Shown here in pieces: positions 35,458 through 46,968 of a stretch of 64,000 nt of DNA (positions within the stretch are counted from its first letter, which is position 1; each line of letters opens with the position of its first letter). Source of the DNA: Cyanophora paradoxa CCMP329. Lineage: Eukaryota > Plantae > Glaucophyta. The notes under the pieces are model-generated. The model made no database searches. It was given only the letters and a program-made list of their open reading frames with translations, and was not told the origin of the DNA. The translations under genes and the position numbers were made by a program. The stretch lies in contig QPMI01000514.1 in the NCBI GenBank assembly GCA_004431415.1, forward strand, positions 124,001-188,000. The letters are read 5' to 3'.

Positions 35458-37312
35458 CTACCGCGCGCGACTGCCCATGGCCAAGCTCATGCTCGGGGCG
35501 CGGGGTCGGGACAGGAAGCGGAGGCGGGCAGGGGGCGGCACGACCGCCCGCGCCCGCGCCCTATCCCCCTCCCCCACCTCCTCGTCCTCCCCCGGGGGAT
35601 CGATCCAGACCTCCAGACGCGCCCGTTCCTCCTCCGACTCGAAGGCGGTGTACCCCCCGAAGTCGCCGCAGGCGGTGTGGCGCAGGAGGAGGCGGGGGAG
35701 GGGGGAGGAGGCGAGGGCCTGGGCAAGGCCCCTGCGGGGGGGACGCCGGAGGGCGGCCTGGAGGGAGCGCAGGCCGGGCACGCGGGCGAGGGCGAGGGCG
35801 GCCAGGCACGCCTCCCACTCCTCGTCCGGCATCTCCGCCGGCCGATCCGCCGCGAGCTCTGCCGCCGCGAGGCGCGGCCCGAAGTCAGCAACCACGAATT
35901 GAACACGCCTGAGCTCTGGCAGGGGCCACGGGGGCGCACCGAGGGCGAGGGGGCGGGCGGAGGCGGCGGCGGCGGCGGCGAGGCCGCGAGCCCAGGTCTG
36001 CCAGGCGTCCCTGGGGGGGCTCACCGTCGTCCGGAGGCGCAGCGGGGGGCGCCCCTCCCCGCCCTCGCCCTCGCCTTCGGGCCCTTCGAGCTCGTCTGTC
36101 TGTGAGACGAAGCGCTCGCGCCTCAGCAACTCAGCGGGACGCAACTCAAAAGAGCGTCTGACCTGCTTCTCTGCGGGCGGGCAGTTGCCGATGCTGACCT
36201 CTTGCAGCGAGGGGAACGCGGCCAAGGCCTCGAATAGCGGCGCGGAGAGGGCATCCCTCCTGCGCGCCCCGTCAAGGGACATAGACAAATAGAGGGCCGT
36301 AGATTGGTGGAGGGTGCGGACCCGGACGGGCACAAGCGGGGGAGGCTGAGAGAGCGGAGCCGGGCGGCGGCGGGCCCGCGCGCCAGTGCCTCCAGGAACT
36401 GCAGCGCATCCCACTCGCTCGATAAGAGCCGGCTGCGGTCGCCGAGCCTGCGCGCCCGCAATTTCAAACGATGTCGGCCCTTGGGTCGGAGTCCGCTGGG
36501 GGAGGGGCGGGCGTACCGCAGCTCCTCCAGCTGCGCGAGATACCCGAGGGCCCCGCCGATGCTCTCCGCCCCGGCGCTCACGTCCGCGGCGGCGGAGAGG
36601 GACTTCAAATTCGGCGCGCGGCCGGCGAGGGCCGTCGCGGTGTCCCGGTCGAGGGGGAGGGCGGAGGGCAGGGAGAGCCGCTGGAGCCGCGGGAGGCTCG
36701 GGAAGTGCGCGAAGAACTCTGTCAGGGCGCGGCTGGTGACGACGAAGGCGGGGCCCGAGGCGGCGGCGTCCAGGGCGAGCTCCTCGAGGCTCGCCGCGCA
36801 CGGGGCCGCCGCCGCCGCCACGCCGCGAAAGAGCCGCGGGATGGACTCCGGCTGCGCACGCACGCGCGTCAGCTTCAGACGATGCGCAGCAGCCTTGGTT
36901 CGCGCACGTCGAAGTACTCCGTCGTATCCCAAGAGGCGGTGCCGACGCGGAGCCGGCGGAGGCCGCTCCCGCTCGAGCTCGAGCTCGCGGCGAGAGACTC
37001 CGCGCACGCCGCGACGAGGCCGGGAACCGCATCGCGCGCGGCTTTGATCTTCCGGCCGGCGGGGCAGCGGATGTCGACGTGCAGTTCCGCTCTCGGCGCT
37101 AGCCGCACGCCAGCTGCGCGAATGAGCCGCTCCAGCGCCTCCACTTGGCGGCTTTTGGTCACTTTCAACGCGATGCGGCCCCACTCGATGCCGTCTACGA
37201 GGCGACGGAATCGCCGGCTCACGGCGCGCGTCTTGAAGGCGTCCTCAAGCCCGACCGCCTCCAAGACGAGCGCTAGGACGGCATCGGGCAGCGCTTCGCT
37301 TGCGTTCTGCAT
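35458..37312 (-). CDS. F-box protein with LRR-like C-terminal region
   Basis: N-terminal ALPDAVLALVLEAVGLEDAFKTRAVSRRFRRLV (F-box); LRR-like LEELAL, LPRLQRLSL, APNLKSLS, LAQLEEL, FPSLQEV and LPELRRVQF. Confidence 0.75.
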
Positions 37313-37437
37313 GCACCACTGCAGCGCCAGCGGCCAGCAGCCGCCAGCCACAAAGAGGGGTACGCGAGGGACCGATCTCCCGGCGCCGAACAGCGGTTTC
37401 TCTTAGATTCGGCGGTCAGCTGCGCGCTGGTGCAACC

Positions 37438-39811
37438 ATGGCCCGAAGGCGCAAACGGCGGGCAGACGTCGCGACGTCGAACTCGGGCGATGAAGAAAGC
37501 GAGGCGAGCTCGAAGCGAGCCCGTCCGCAAGACTTGAACGCTCTAGCTGCAGACGTGCGCGTTGGCTCGAGCTCCACATGTCGCCGGGTTGCTGATCGGG
37601 GTTGCAGGAGGCGACCGCTGCAGCTGCGGGCGAAGAGGACGCGCCCGCGCCGGCGGCGATCGAGTCGGTCCCCGACGCGCTGCTCCTCCAGATCCTGCGG
37701 GCCGTGGCGAGCGAGGTGCGGCCACCCAGCCAGAGCGACGGGAGATCTTGAATGGATTCTCACCCGAAGGGCCGCCCGCGGCAGCTTCCGGCGGCGTCGG
37801 GGAGCGGCCGGCAGCTGCGCTGCCGGTGGCCGGCGGCGCTGCGGGAGGCGAGCGCGCTCCGCGCCGTCTGCTCGCGCTTCAGGGCGGTGATCGACGCGGC
37901 CGGCGGGCCGCTCGCGCTCTTCGAGGCGGCCGGGTGGGACGCCGGCGTGGAGCGCTGGCTGGCCGGCCTGCGTGGCGGCCTCGGGGCCTTCCTCGCGGAG
38001 CGCGCGCCGGGCCTCAGCGGCGTGCGGGAGGTGACCCTCGTCGGGGCCTGCGAGCAGGGCGCGGCCTTCCTGGGGGCGCTGCCCTGCTGGCCCGCCCTCC
38101 GCTCCCTCCGCCTCCTCGCCCTCCCGGCCGGCGCGACCGGCGAGCTCCGCGCCTGCTCCGAGGCCCTCGCCGCCGTACCCGCCCCGCCCCTCCGCCTGCT
38201 CGAGGTCGGGAGCACGTCACCCCGCGCCCCCCGGCTCCGGCCTTAGCTCGAGCTCAGGTGACCGTGAACGCGGGTCCGGGGGAGAACGAGGCGGCCTCGG
38301 CGCTGGCCCGCGACCTCGTCCGCCGCTGCGCCCGCTCCCTCCTCGTCCTCCGCCTCGACAACCTCAGGGCAGACGGTGCCCCGTACCCCCCTTCGGTCCC
38401 CCTCCCCCTTTGCCCCTCTGACGGGGCCGTGGCGGGGAAGGGTGGGAGCAGCTGATGCCGCTCGGGGGGGCGGGGGCGGCTGCGCCTCCGGACTCGGACG
38501 CCGGCGGGCTCCTCGAGCTCTGCTTGGACCACAGCGGCCTCCCGCGGCGCCACGCGACCCCCCACCCCGTCGCCCTGGGCGGCCTGGAGCGCAGCCGGGG
38601 GGGAACCGCCCTCGAGGAGCTCGCCGTGCTGGGTGCCGACCCCTTTGGCGGGGAGGCGGAGGCCGGGGCGGCCTCGGCGTGGGCCCTCGCCGCCCTGCCG
38701 GCCCTCTCCGACCTCACGGTGGACACCGCCGGCAGCAGCTGGGACCGGACGAGTCTCCTCCGGGACCCAGGCTGCGAGTTGCCCCGGCTGCCCGTACCCC
38801 CCGCGGGCTCCTTCCCCTCTCTGCGCTCCCTCACCCTCCGGGGGCCCTTCACGCGCTCCGACTGGTGGGCCGCCGTCCTTTGCTCGCCCGCCGGCGCGGC
38901 CCTTGAGCACGTGCGCTGCACCTGTACTCTCCTCCGCTTCGCCCCCCACCCCCCCTACCCCCTAACTTTCGGCGCAGCTGTCGCTGGAGCACGTGCCGGA
39001 GCCTGTCGGCCTCCTGCGGGCGCTGACGGCGGCGGGCCCGCCCCTCGCCCTCGAAAGCCTGTCCCTGGAGGCTCTGTCCCTCGAGGAGGGGGGTGCAGCA
39101 ATCGTCACCGCCCTGCTGGCCGCCTGCCCCGCCCTGCAGCGCCTCTCCCTCGTCTGCTGCGACTTCTACGAAGAAGCCCAGCTCGTGCCCGTCCTGAATG
39201 CCATAGCCCCCGCCGCACCCCTCCGCGAACTCCACTGGAGCGCCGACGAGGTCGGCGTACCCCGTTTGCTCCCTTTCGAATCGCCTTCCCCGCCGCCGAC
39301 GCCGCGGGCAGGAGGACGACGGCTGGCCGGCCTCGCGGCTCGCCACGTGCGCGCACGGTCGCGCGGGGCTCGCCGCGGCGCCCTCCGGCCCGGCGGTCTG
39401 ACCCGGCCCGGCGGGCCGCGCAGCTTTGTCGGGGACATGGAGGAGGCGGTGCGCCTCCTGCGCGCCCTCGCCGCCCGCGGCGCCGCCTGCAGCGTCCCTG
39501 CAGCCCTCGACCGCCGCCTGGGCCGTGAGCGCGGCCCGGCCCTCGAGCTCCCCTGCCCCCCGCCGGGCGTACGCCGAGGCCCGCCCCTCGCAGGGGACGA
39601 CGCGGAGAGCGAGGGCGAGCAGAGCAGCGACGAGGAGGAGGGGAGCGGCGAGGGAAGCGGCGAGGGGAGCGGAGAGGAGGATGGGAGCGGAGAGAAGGAT
39701 GGGAGCAGCGAAGGGAGCAGCGAAGGGAGCGACGAGGAGGGGAGCGGGTCGGAGAGCGGAGCGGAGGATCCAGAGGGAGGGAGCGGCGGGGGAACCGACA
39801 GCAGCGAGTAG
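37438..39811 (+). CDS. F-box/LRR-like protein with basic N-terminus and acidic G/S/E tail
   Basis: MARRRKRR (NLS-like); IESVPDALLLQILRAV..ALRAVCSRFRAV (split F-box); WPALRSLRL, ALESLSL, ACPALQRLSL; tail EGSGEGSGEGSGEEDGSG. Confidence 0.72.
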
Positions 39812-39907
39812 GACCCGCCGCGGCACGGATGCAAAAGCTTTTTTGCAAAAGAATGTCTGAACAAGCCGAGCCGCGCTCGTGGGAGGCGGGGTGGAGCTGG
39901 CGGGGGG

Positions 39908-42900
39908 CTAGAGGGCGGCGCCCATGAGGATGTACATGCTGCGGCACTTGGCGGCGGCGTTCCGCACGGGCCGCTTCGCGTCGTCCAGCGCCCCCTGCAG
40001 CGCCCCCTGCGCGGGCGCGGCGGAGCAGGGTGGGCGCCCACGCCAAGCGAAGGTGGCGGATCTGAGCTGGGGCACCTCGAGGGCCGGCTTGTGGGGGAAG
40101 AGGCGGGAGAAGGGCAGGTTCGAGAGGGCCTGGATCGCCTGCACCGACGCCAGCCGCACCGCCTGCGCGCGCGCCCTGTCGATCAGCGCCGGCGGGGCGT
40201 AGGGGACGGCGAGAGGAGGGGCGGGCCGCGGAGGGCTTGAAGGCGAGGAGGCGGCAGAGGGCGGGGACGAGGGCGGAGAGGTGCGGGGCGACGGAGAGAG
40301 GCGCCGCCGCCGCGAGCGACGAGAGGCCGCCCAGCGCCGCCGCCCTGCGCCGGCAAGCGAGTCAGAGCCGGCCGAGCTGTGCCAGACGCAGAGCCCGTGA
40401 CCCGGGCGCACAGGGCGTCGGCGGTCTGCGGGTCGGCGCCGTCGGAGGAGGCGAGGGCGTCGACGAGGAGGGGGACGAGGGCCGTCAGGTGCGGCTGCAC
40501 GTGCTCCCGCGGCTGCGAGCGCACAAGGCCCGTCAAGGAAGGCGAGCGGCCGAATCTCGGTGAAGGAGGGCGCGGGCTCGCCTGGGGCTTGACGAGGTGG
40601 GAGAGGGCGGCGAGGTAGGGCCCGCGGGCCCGGGCGCCCCGCGCCCCCTCCAGGGGCCCCAGCAGCGTCCCCAGCGCCTGCGAGAAGAGCCGCTGCCCGG
40701 CGAGCAGCTGCGAGAAGGAGGCGCGGTGATTGTGAGCGGGCAGCGCGCCGCGGGGCGCGGCTGTGCGAGCGGGGCGCACTTTGACGGCGGCGTGGGAGGC
40801 GCGGCTCGGCGGCGGCGCCGCCTCGCCCTCGGGCGGGGCCGCCAGCACCGCGAAGCCGGCGGCGGCGGCGCGGGCGGCGGGGTCGTCGGTGCCGGCGGCG
40901 AGGGGGGCGGTGAGGGCGCGCAGGAGGGGGCCCGTCGCCGCGTGGCTCCGCAGCGCGAGGCCCCGCAGCACCTGCCGCCCCCCAGCCCGCGTCGTGAGAC
41001 GGGGCCCCCGGGAGAAGCAGACGGAAGGCCCCGCTCTAGCTGGCACCGCCTCGGCCCGCGACCCTTCCCCCCCCCCCCCCCAAGGGCCCCGGGGGTACCC
41101 AGACGAGGGCGTCGAGGGCGCGGAGGCGGGCCGCGGGGTCGGCCGCCGGGTCGGAGAGGGGCCCCGCGAGGCGCCCCTTGGCCCCCTCCTCCACGAACTT
41201 GGCCAGGTCGGCGTCTGCGAGCGAAGGAGCAGGGCGTCGGGAGAGGCTGGGGGATGGCGACCGCTCGAGCCCTGTCAGGGGCGCACCGCCGTCGGGGGCC
41301 TTGTTGGCGAGGGAGGCGGCGGACTGGGCGGCGGCGGCGCGGGCGGCCGGGGAGCGGGCCGGGGAGAGGGCGGCGTCGAGGAGGGAGGAGAGGAGGGCGG
41401 CGCGGCCGGGGACGGGGAGGGCGGGGCGGAGGCTGCAGAGGCAGGCGGCGAGGGCGGCGAGGGCGGCGTCGGGCGTGGCGGCCTCCCCGGGGGGAAGGCC
41501 CGCAGCGCGAGGGCCAGCAGCGGCGCCTGCGACCTGCCGGCGCCGGCGTCGGAGGGCGGGAGAGCGGCACGGAAGCGGCGGGCGGCGCACTCGGCGTCGG
41601 CGTGGCGCGTCAGCGCCCGCAGGCACGCGGCGACGGCGTCCGCCGCCGGCCCCCCGCCCCGGCAGCGCCGCCTGCCGGCCGGGGGCGTGAGGAGGGGGGA
41701 AGAAGCCGGGGAGAAAGGCGGGCGGACCGCAAGGGCGGCGGGGAGGGCCCCCGCGCGCAGGCGGAGACCACTGCCGAGGGGGCCTCCGGCGGCTCCGAGG
41801 CAGCCCCGCCTGCCCCGCCCTCGCTCAGCCTCGCGGCTGCACGGGGCCGGCGGCGCGGCGCGGCGCGGCACCTGCTCGAGGGCGGCGGCGAGGCATGCGA
41901 GGACGGGGCCGGCGTCCTCGGGGGCGCGCCCTGCCGGCCGAGTCACGCGCGCCGCGGACGGGCGGGGAGCGAGGGCGGCGGGGCGGGCGGACCCTTGAGG
42001 GCGGCGACGAGGGAGGGAAGGCGGCGTCCATCACCGGCGCGCTCGCCGCCGCCGCCGCCGCCAGCGCCGCCAGCGGCGCCGGCAGCGCCGCCGCGGAGCC
42101 GGCCGGGGCCGGGGCCGGGGCCGGGGCCGGGGCCGGTGCAGAGAGGGGCGCCAGGAGCTTGGGCAGGGCCCTGCGGGCGGGGCGGGGCGGGGCAGGGCGG
42201 TCGGGGCGCAGAAGAAAGAGGCGGGCGCTCTGCTATGAGATCGGGAGGGCGCACGCGGAGACGACGGCGGCGGGGTGGACGGAGGCGACCCGCGCGAGGC
42301 CCGCCCGCGCCGCCCCCCTGCGCGCCACGCGTCAGCTTCGGGAGCCGGGGGCGGTGGCGGGCGCGCGCTCTCAGCCCACAACCGCCGATCCGGCGCCGAT
42401 CCGGCTTCCTTTTCTCACGCTAGCAGCTCTAATCACGCCCTCTCCCCCTCGGGGCGCACCGGACGGGCTCCTCGGGGTCGTCGCAGGCGAGGGCGGTGAG
42501 GCGCGCCGCCGCGTCCGCCGGGCCCTCCGCCGCCGGGCACCGCGCCGCCAGCGCCGCCAGCCCCTGCGCCACGCGGCCTCGGGTCAGTCTTCTGAGGAAA
42601 AGCACTTGGAGGCTTCGACGGCTTTCCGCCCGAGGACTATCGGAAGAGGAGGCGGCGGGCGACGGGCACTCTTCTACGGAAGACGTCTTGAAGGCTTATG
42701 GCAAAAGAAGCGGAGAGGTAACTATCACTTCGAAGGCGGACGGAAAGGCCGACACGCTGCTGGCATTAAGAGGATTCGGCCGGAAGAGGGCGGACCCTGG
42801 CGGAGGCCTCGCGGAGGGGGCCCGAGGAGGCACCCGGGGCGGCCCCCGCCGCGCAGGCCGCCCCCGCCAGCAGGGCCCCCCGCAGCGCCCCCGCGTGCTC

Positions 42901-43516
42901 CTCCAGCGCCCCTGCGAACCAATTCGGGGGAGGGGGGGTACGCTGCAGGGCGGGGCGGGGGGGGGGTACCGCAGGCGGAGCGCTCGCAGAGCTCGGCGAG
43001 GGCGGCGGCGGTGGCGACGCGCTCGACGTGGAGCTCGGGGGCGCCCCCCGCGGCGGCGAAGCGGGCGGCCAGCGGCGGCACAGCGGAGGTGAGGGCGAGG
43101 CGCGCGGGGCCCTCGCCCGCGGAGGCGAGGGCGGCGAGGAGGGCGCGGGCGGGGCCGGCCTCCGACTGGGCGCCCCCCGCGTCCTCCGCGAGCTGCGCCG
43201 CCGTCTTCTCGAGGAAGGCCTTCACGTCTCCGGGCACCGGCTCGGCGGCGGCCACGCGGACGAGCCCCGTCGCCGCCCCGCAGACGGCCGCCGGCACGCG
43301 CTCGTCGGTCGGCGCGAGCGTCTCCGCCCTGAGCGCGTTCCACAGCTTCGAGAGGAACGGGCGGACGACCTGCGCGCACCGCCCTTCCTCGGCGACGGGC
43401 GCGGGGGCGGGGGCGTGGGAAGGGGCGCACGGCGGGGCCGAAGCGCTCGCAGGCGAAGCCGATCATCTCCGCCGCGTCGATCTGCCGGCCGCCCTCGCGC
43501 GTCAGAGGGGGCGGGG

Positions 43517-43552
<36 letters not shown>

Positions 43553-44872
43553 GGGGGCGCCTTGCTGGCGGGCTGCAGGGCGGCGAGCTTCTGCTCGAGG
43601 AACTGGAAGAGGTGGCCCGCGAAGTGCGGGCTGCTGCACAGCGCCTCCCTGCCCAGCGCCCCGCGTCGGGCCGGCGGAGATCGGGGAGGGGGGTCTAGCC
43701 GGGGGTACGCGAACCGGAGGCCCTCGACGAGGTCGACGCGCTTGATGCCGTACGGGTCGTTCGGGGGCGGGTCGAACGTGACGGGGAAGTAGCAGGAGGT
43801 GATGTCGAAGAGGCTCTGCGGCGCACGCCATCGGCCGGCGGGAGGGGAAAAGGGGGAAGGGGGGTACCGAGGCGAAGGGCGTGATCTCGGAGGGGAAGGA
43901 GCGCGCGATCTTGGACACGAGGGGGAAGAGGCGGACCAGGACGCGGGGGTCCTGCATTGCGTTTCCGGCGTATGAGGGGTGCGCTCTTCCGAGCGGGGGG
44001 GTACGCCGACCTTTTCGCCGTCCATCGCATCGACGAAGGCGGGTACGAACTCGCTCGCCGAGGGGCGGACGGCTGCGAGACGCGGTCGGGAGGGGCGCGC
44101 GCGGTGGGCGGGGGCGGATGGGGGGTACGTGCCCTCCGTGTGCTTGGAGATGGTGAGGTCGCACAGCTCGAGGACCCACTGCCGCTGCTGCTGCGGCATC
44201 GCCTGGATCTGCAGGTCGCCCACGAGCCTGCGCCGCGGCGGAGCCGGCGCGCGGCGGCGGTCGGCGGTGGGCGTCGCAGCTGCGAGGCCGCGCCGCTGTG
44301 TGCGGGGCGCGCACGTCATTACGACTTTGAACGCGTCCTTCGCGTCGACCTGCTGGTTCCTGAAGAGGCCGACGAGGCCCATGAGGACCTGCCGCCCGCT
44401 CAATCGGCCGCCCGGCGAGTTCGGTGCGCGGCGGGCCGGCGGGCCTCGTGCGTGCACGGGTAGTCCTCCAGGCGGTCGCAGTAGAAAGACGCGAGGAAGT
44501 GCACCTGCTGCGGCAGCAGCTTGAGCCTGTCGAGGCGCACGAGCACCTCGGAAAGCAGCACGGTGCCTGCGGGCCGGGGAAGGCCCCCGTTGGCGGCGGC
44601 CGCGGGGCGACGGCGTACGCCGACGCTACGCGTCCCGCTGGCGCACCGCGGGCGCGGGTAATGTCGTCGACGCTGGTCAGGAACTCGCCGAGGTCCTCCA
44701 CGAGCTTGGTGACCGTGAGCGAGCCGCCGGACAAGGCTGCGCGGGCGTCAAAATGACGGCACGGCGTCGCGCGGACGCGATGCGACTCGCCGCTGAGGAT
44801 GGAGCCGAGCGCCTCCGCGTGGGCCTCATCGCTGTTCTCTATGTTCACGAATGTGCTGATTGCACGCGCCAT
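39908..44872 (-). CDS. MMS19: MMS19 cytosolic Fe-S cluster assembly (CIA) targeting factor
   Basis: LVEDLGEFLTSVDDITRARG, QVHFLASFYCDRLED, FVDAMDGEK|DPRVL, LFDITSCYFPVTFDPPPNDPYGIKRVDLVEGLR and C-terminal ALDDAKRPVRNAAAKCR. Confidence 0.93.
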
Positions 44873-44951
44873 CAGGCGTGCTAGCGTCCTGTGCACGGTT
44901 CGTCCTCGCAATTCCCGGGTACGAGAGCAAGTGAGTTTTTTTATTTGAAAG

Positions 44952-46767
44952 ATGGCGGGCGCGGCCAGCGCCCCGGAGCGGCCGCCGACCGAAGATTTGT
45001 GGAAGCTTATCGATCAGCGCAAGCTCACGACCATCGGCGAAGATCCGGAAGGTCGCCGACTGCGCCGCCCGGCCGAGCCCTCGCGCGGCGTCTAGCTGAG
45101 GGCGGGACCGCGCAGCGATCGACCCGAATGAGGAGTACATGATGGGAATCGACGAGGCAGGTCGCGGTGCGCCCGCCTCCTCCTCGCGCTGCCGCACGCT
45201 TTGGAACCTGATCGTCCCGTCGCGCCGCCCCGCCTAGGCCCCGTCCTCGGTGCGCCCGCTGGCGCAGCGAATGAGGTGCAATCCACGGCGAGCTCATCGC
45301 CGCACTCGCAGGCCCGATGGTGTACGGGACGTGCTTCTGCCCGGTAAGCAAGCTTGAGCAGCTGAAGGCGCTGAAATGCGCGGGTGAGCAGCGACCGCTC
45401 CTGCTGCTCCTTCTCGAAGCGCTCTGAGCGCTTACTCGTATCAGACTCGAAGACGCTCTCCGAGGCCCAGCGTGAGGGCCTCTTTGAGGTCATTCGGAAG
45501 TCGAACTTCGTCGGCTGGAAAGTCACCGTGCGCAGACCGGCCCCAGAAGCGCCTCCTTCAGAGCTCTAAGCAGCGCGCAGAGCATACCGCCATGCGATAT
45601 CTCTAGGAAGAGCCTGGCAAGGTACGGGTGCCCCTGCTGCGCCGGCGGCGCTTGCTTGACGCCCGCGCCCACACGCGCAGGCGGAAAGTGAACTTGAACG
45701 AGCAATCGTTCGGTACGCGCCGCCGCGCTTCTTCTCTGCTCCGCTTCTCTGCTCTGCTCTGCTCTGCAACCGCCGGGGGCCGCGGCCGATCCCTCGCCTG
45801 CGCAGACACGGCGTTCAATTTGATCCGCGCGGTTCTGGCCGCCGGCATCAAAATCGCCGAGGTGCGCGCCATGATGAGATGAGAATCTGCCCGAAATTGA
45901 TATCTGGCGACGCAGCTGTACGTTGATACCGTCGGCAAGGCCGAGACGTACGAGAACAAGATCCGGGCAGCTTTTCCGACCATCCCATCCGTCAAGGTGC
46001 GCGTCTGTCTGGATAAATCCTTCTGCTCGCGGGACTCACGCCCCCCTCCGCTCCGCGGCGCAGGTCGCCCCGAAGGCCGATTCCCTCTTCCCGATCGTCA
46101 GCGCGGCGTCCATCTGTGCCAAGGTTCGAACCCGCCCCGTTCCCCAATCGCGAAACGGCCGGGAGCCCACCGCGCCCCAGGTGACGCGCGACGCCTTGAT
46201 GTCTCGCTGGAGCTTCGCCCGATACCCCTCCCTGAAGCCGGACAACAAGACGGGCTGCGGGTACCCCGGAGGCGCGCCGACCCCCGCACCACGCCCCATG
46301 CCGCCCCGCCCTGACCTCCGGCCGGTTAGACTCTGCCACCGTGTCATGGCTCGAGAGGAACCTCGATCCGGTGTTCGGGTACCCCGGTCCGCCCCACGTT
46401 CAAGAAGCGCAGTACCCCGGGGCCTGACCCTGCGCCCAGACATCGTGCGCTTCAGCTGGTCAACAATCACTTTGGCTCTCGAGAAAAAGGGCGTACCCGT
46501 CATCTGGTCCGTTCTCCCTCTCTTCCCCCCCCCCCCACACACACACACACCCTGTCTCAACTGTACCCAGGGAGGACGACGAAGACGAGCTGCCCAAGGG
46601 GCAGGGGACCCTCCGGTGGGGGGGCGCGGCCCTCACGGCCGCCGCCCCCAAAGCCGACCGCTTCTTCAAGATGCGAAAGTGCGTCTTCCCCTCTCGCGGC
46701 GCGCCGTACCCCCCGCCGCCCCCTGTAACCGGGTCGCAGGCTGCAGCGGGAAGCATCGTTCTTCTGA
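44952..46767 (+). CDS. RNASEH2A: Ribonuclease H2 catalytic subunit A; ~15 exons
   Basis: MGIDEAGRG|PVLG|PMVYG, DSKTLSEAQREGLF, NLNEQSF, LYVDTVG, KADSLFPIVSAASICAK|VTRD, GCGYPG, LDPVFGYP|DIVRFSWST; ends LQREASFF*. Confidence 0.95.
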
Positions 46768-46968
46768 GGCGGGCGTGCTGCGCCCCAAGCCTACCCCTCT
46801 CTCCCCTTTCCTGCCCCAACGAGTTCTCCGTGCCCATCCCCCTCCAGATCCAGATCCTGATCTCATGAGCCGTGCTGCCGTGTTTCCCAGCTCCAGTTCC
46901 AGTTCGCTGCACTCGATGTGTCCATCGCGAATCGCGTTAACGTTCAGCATCGATTGCGATTGCAGGGG

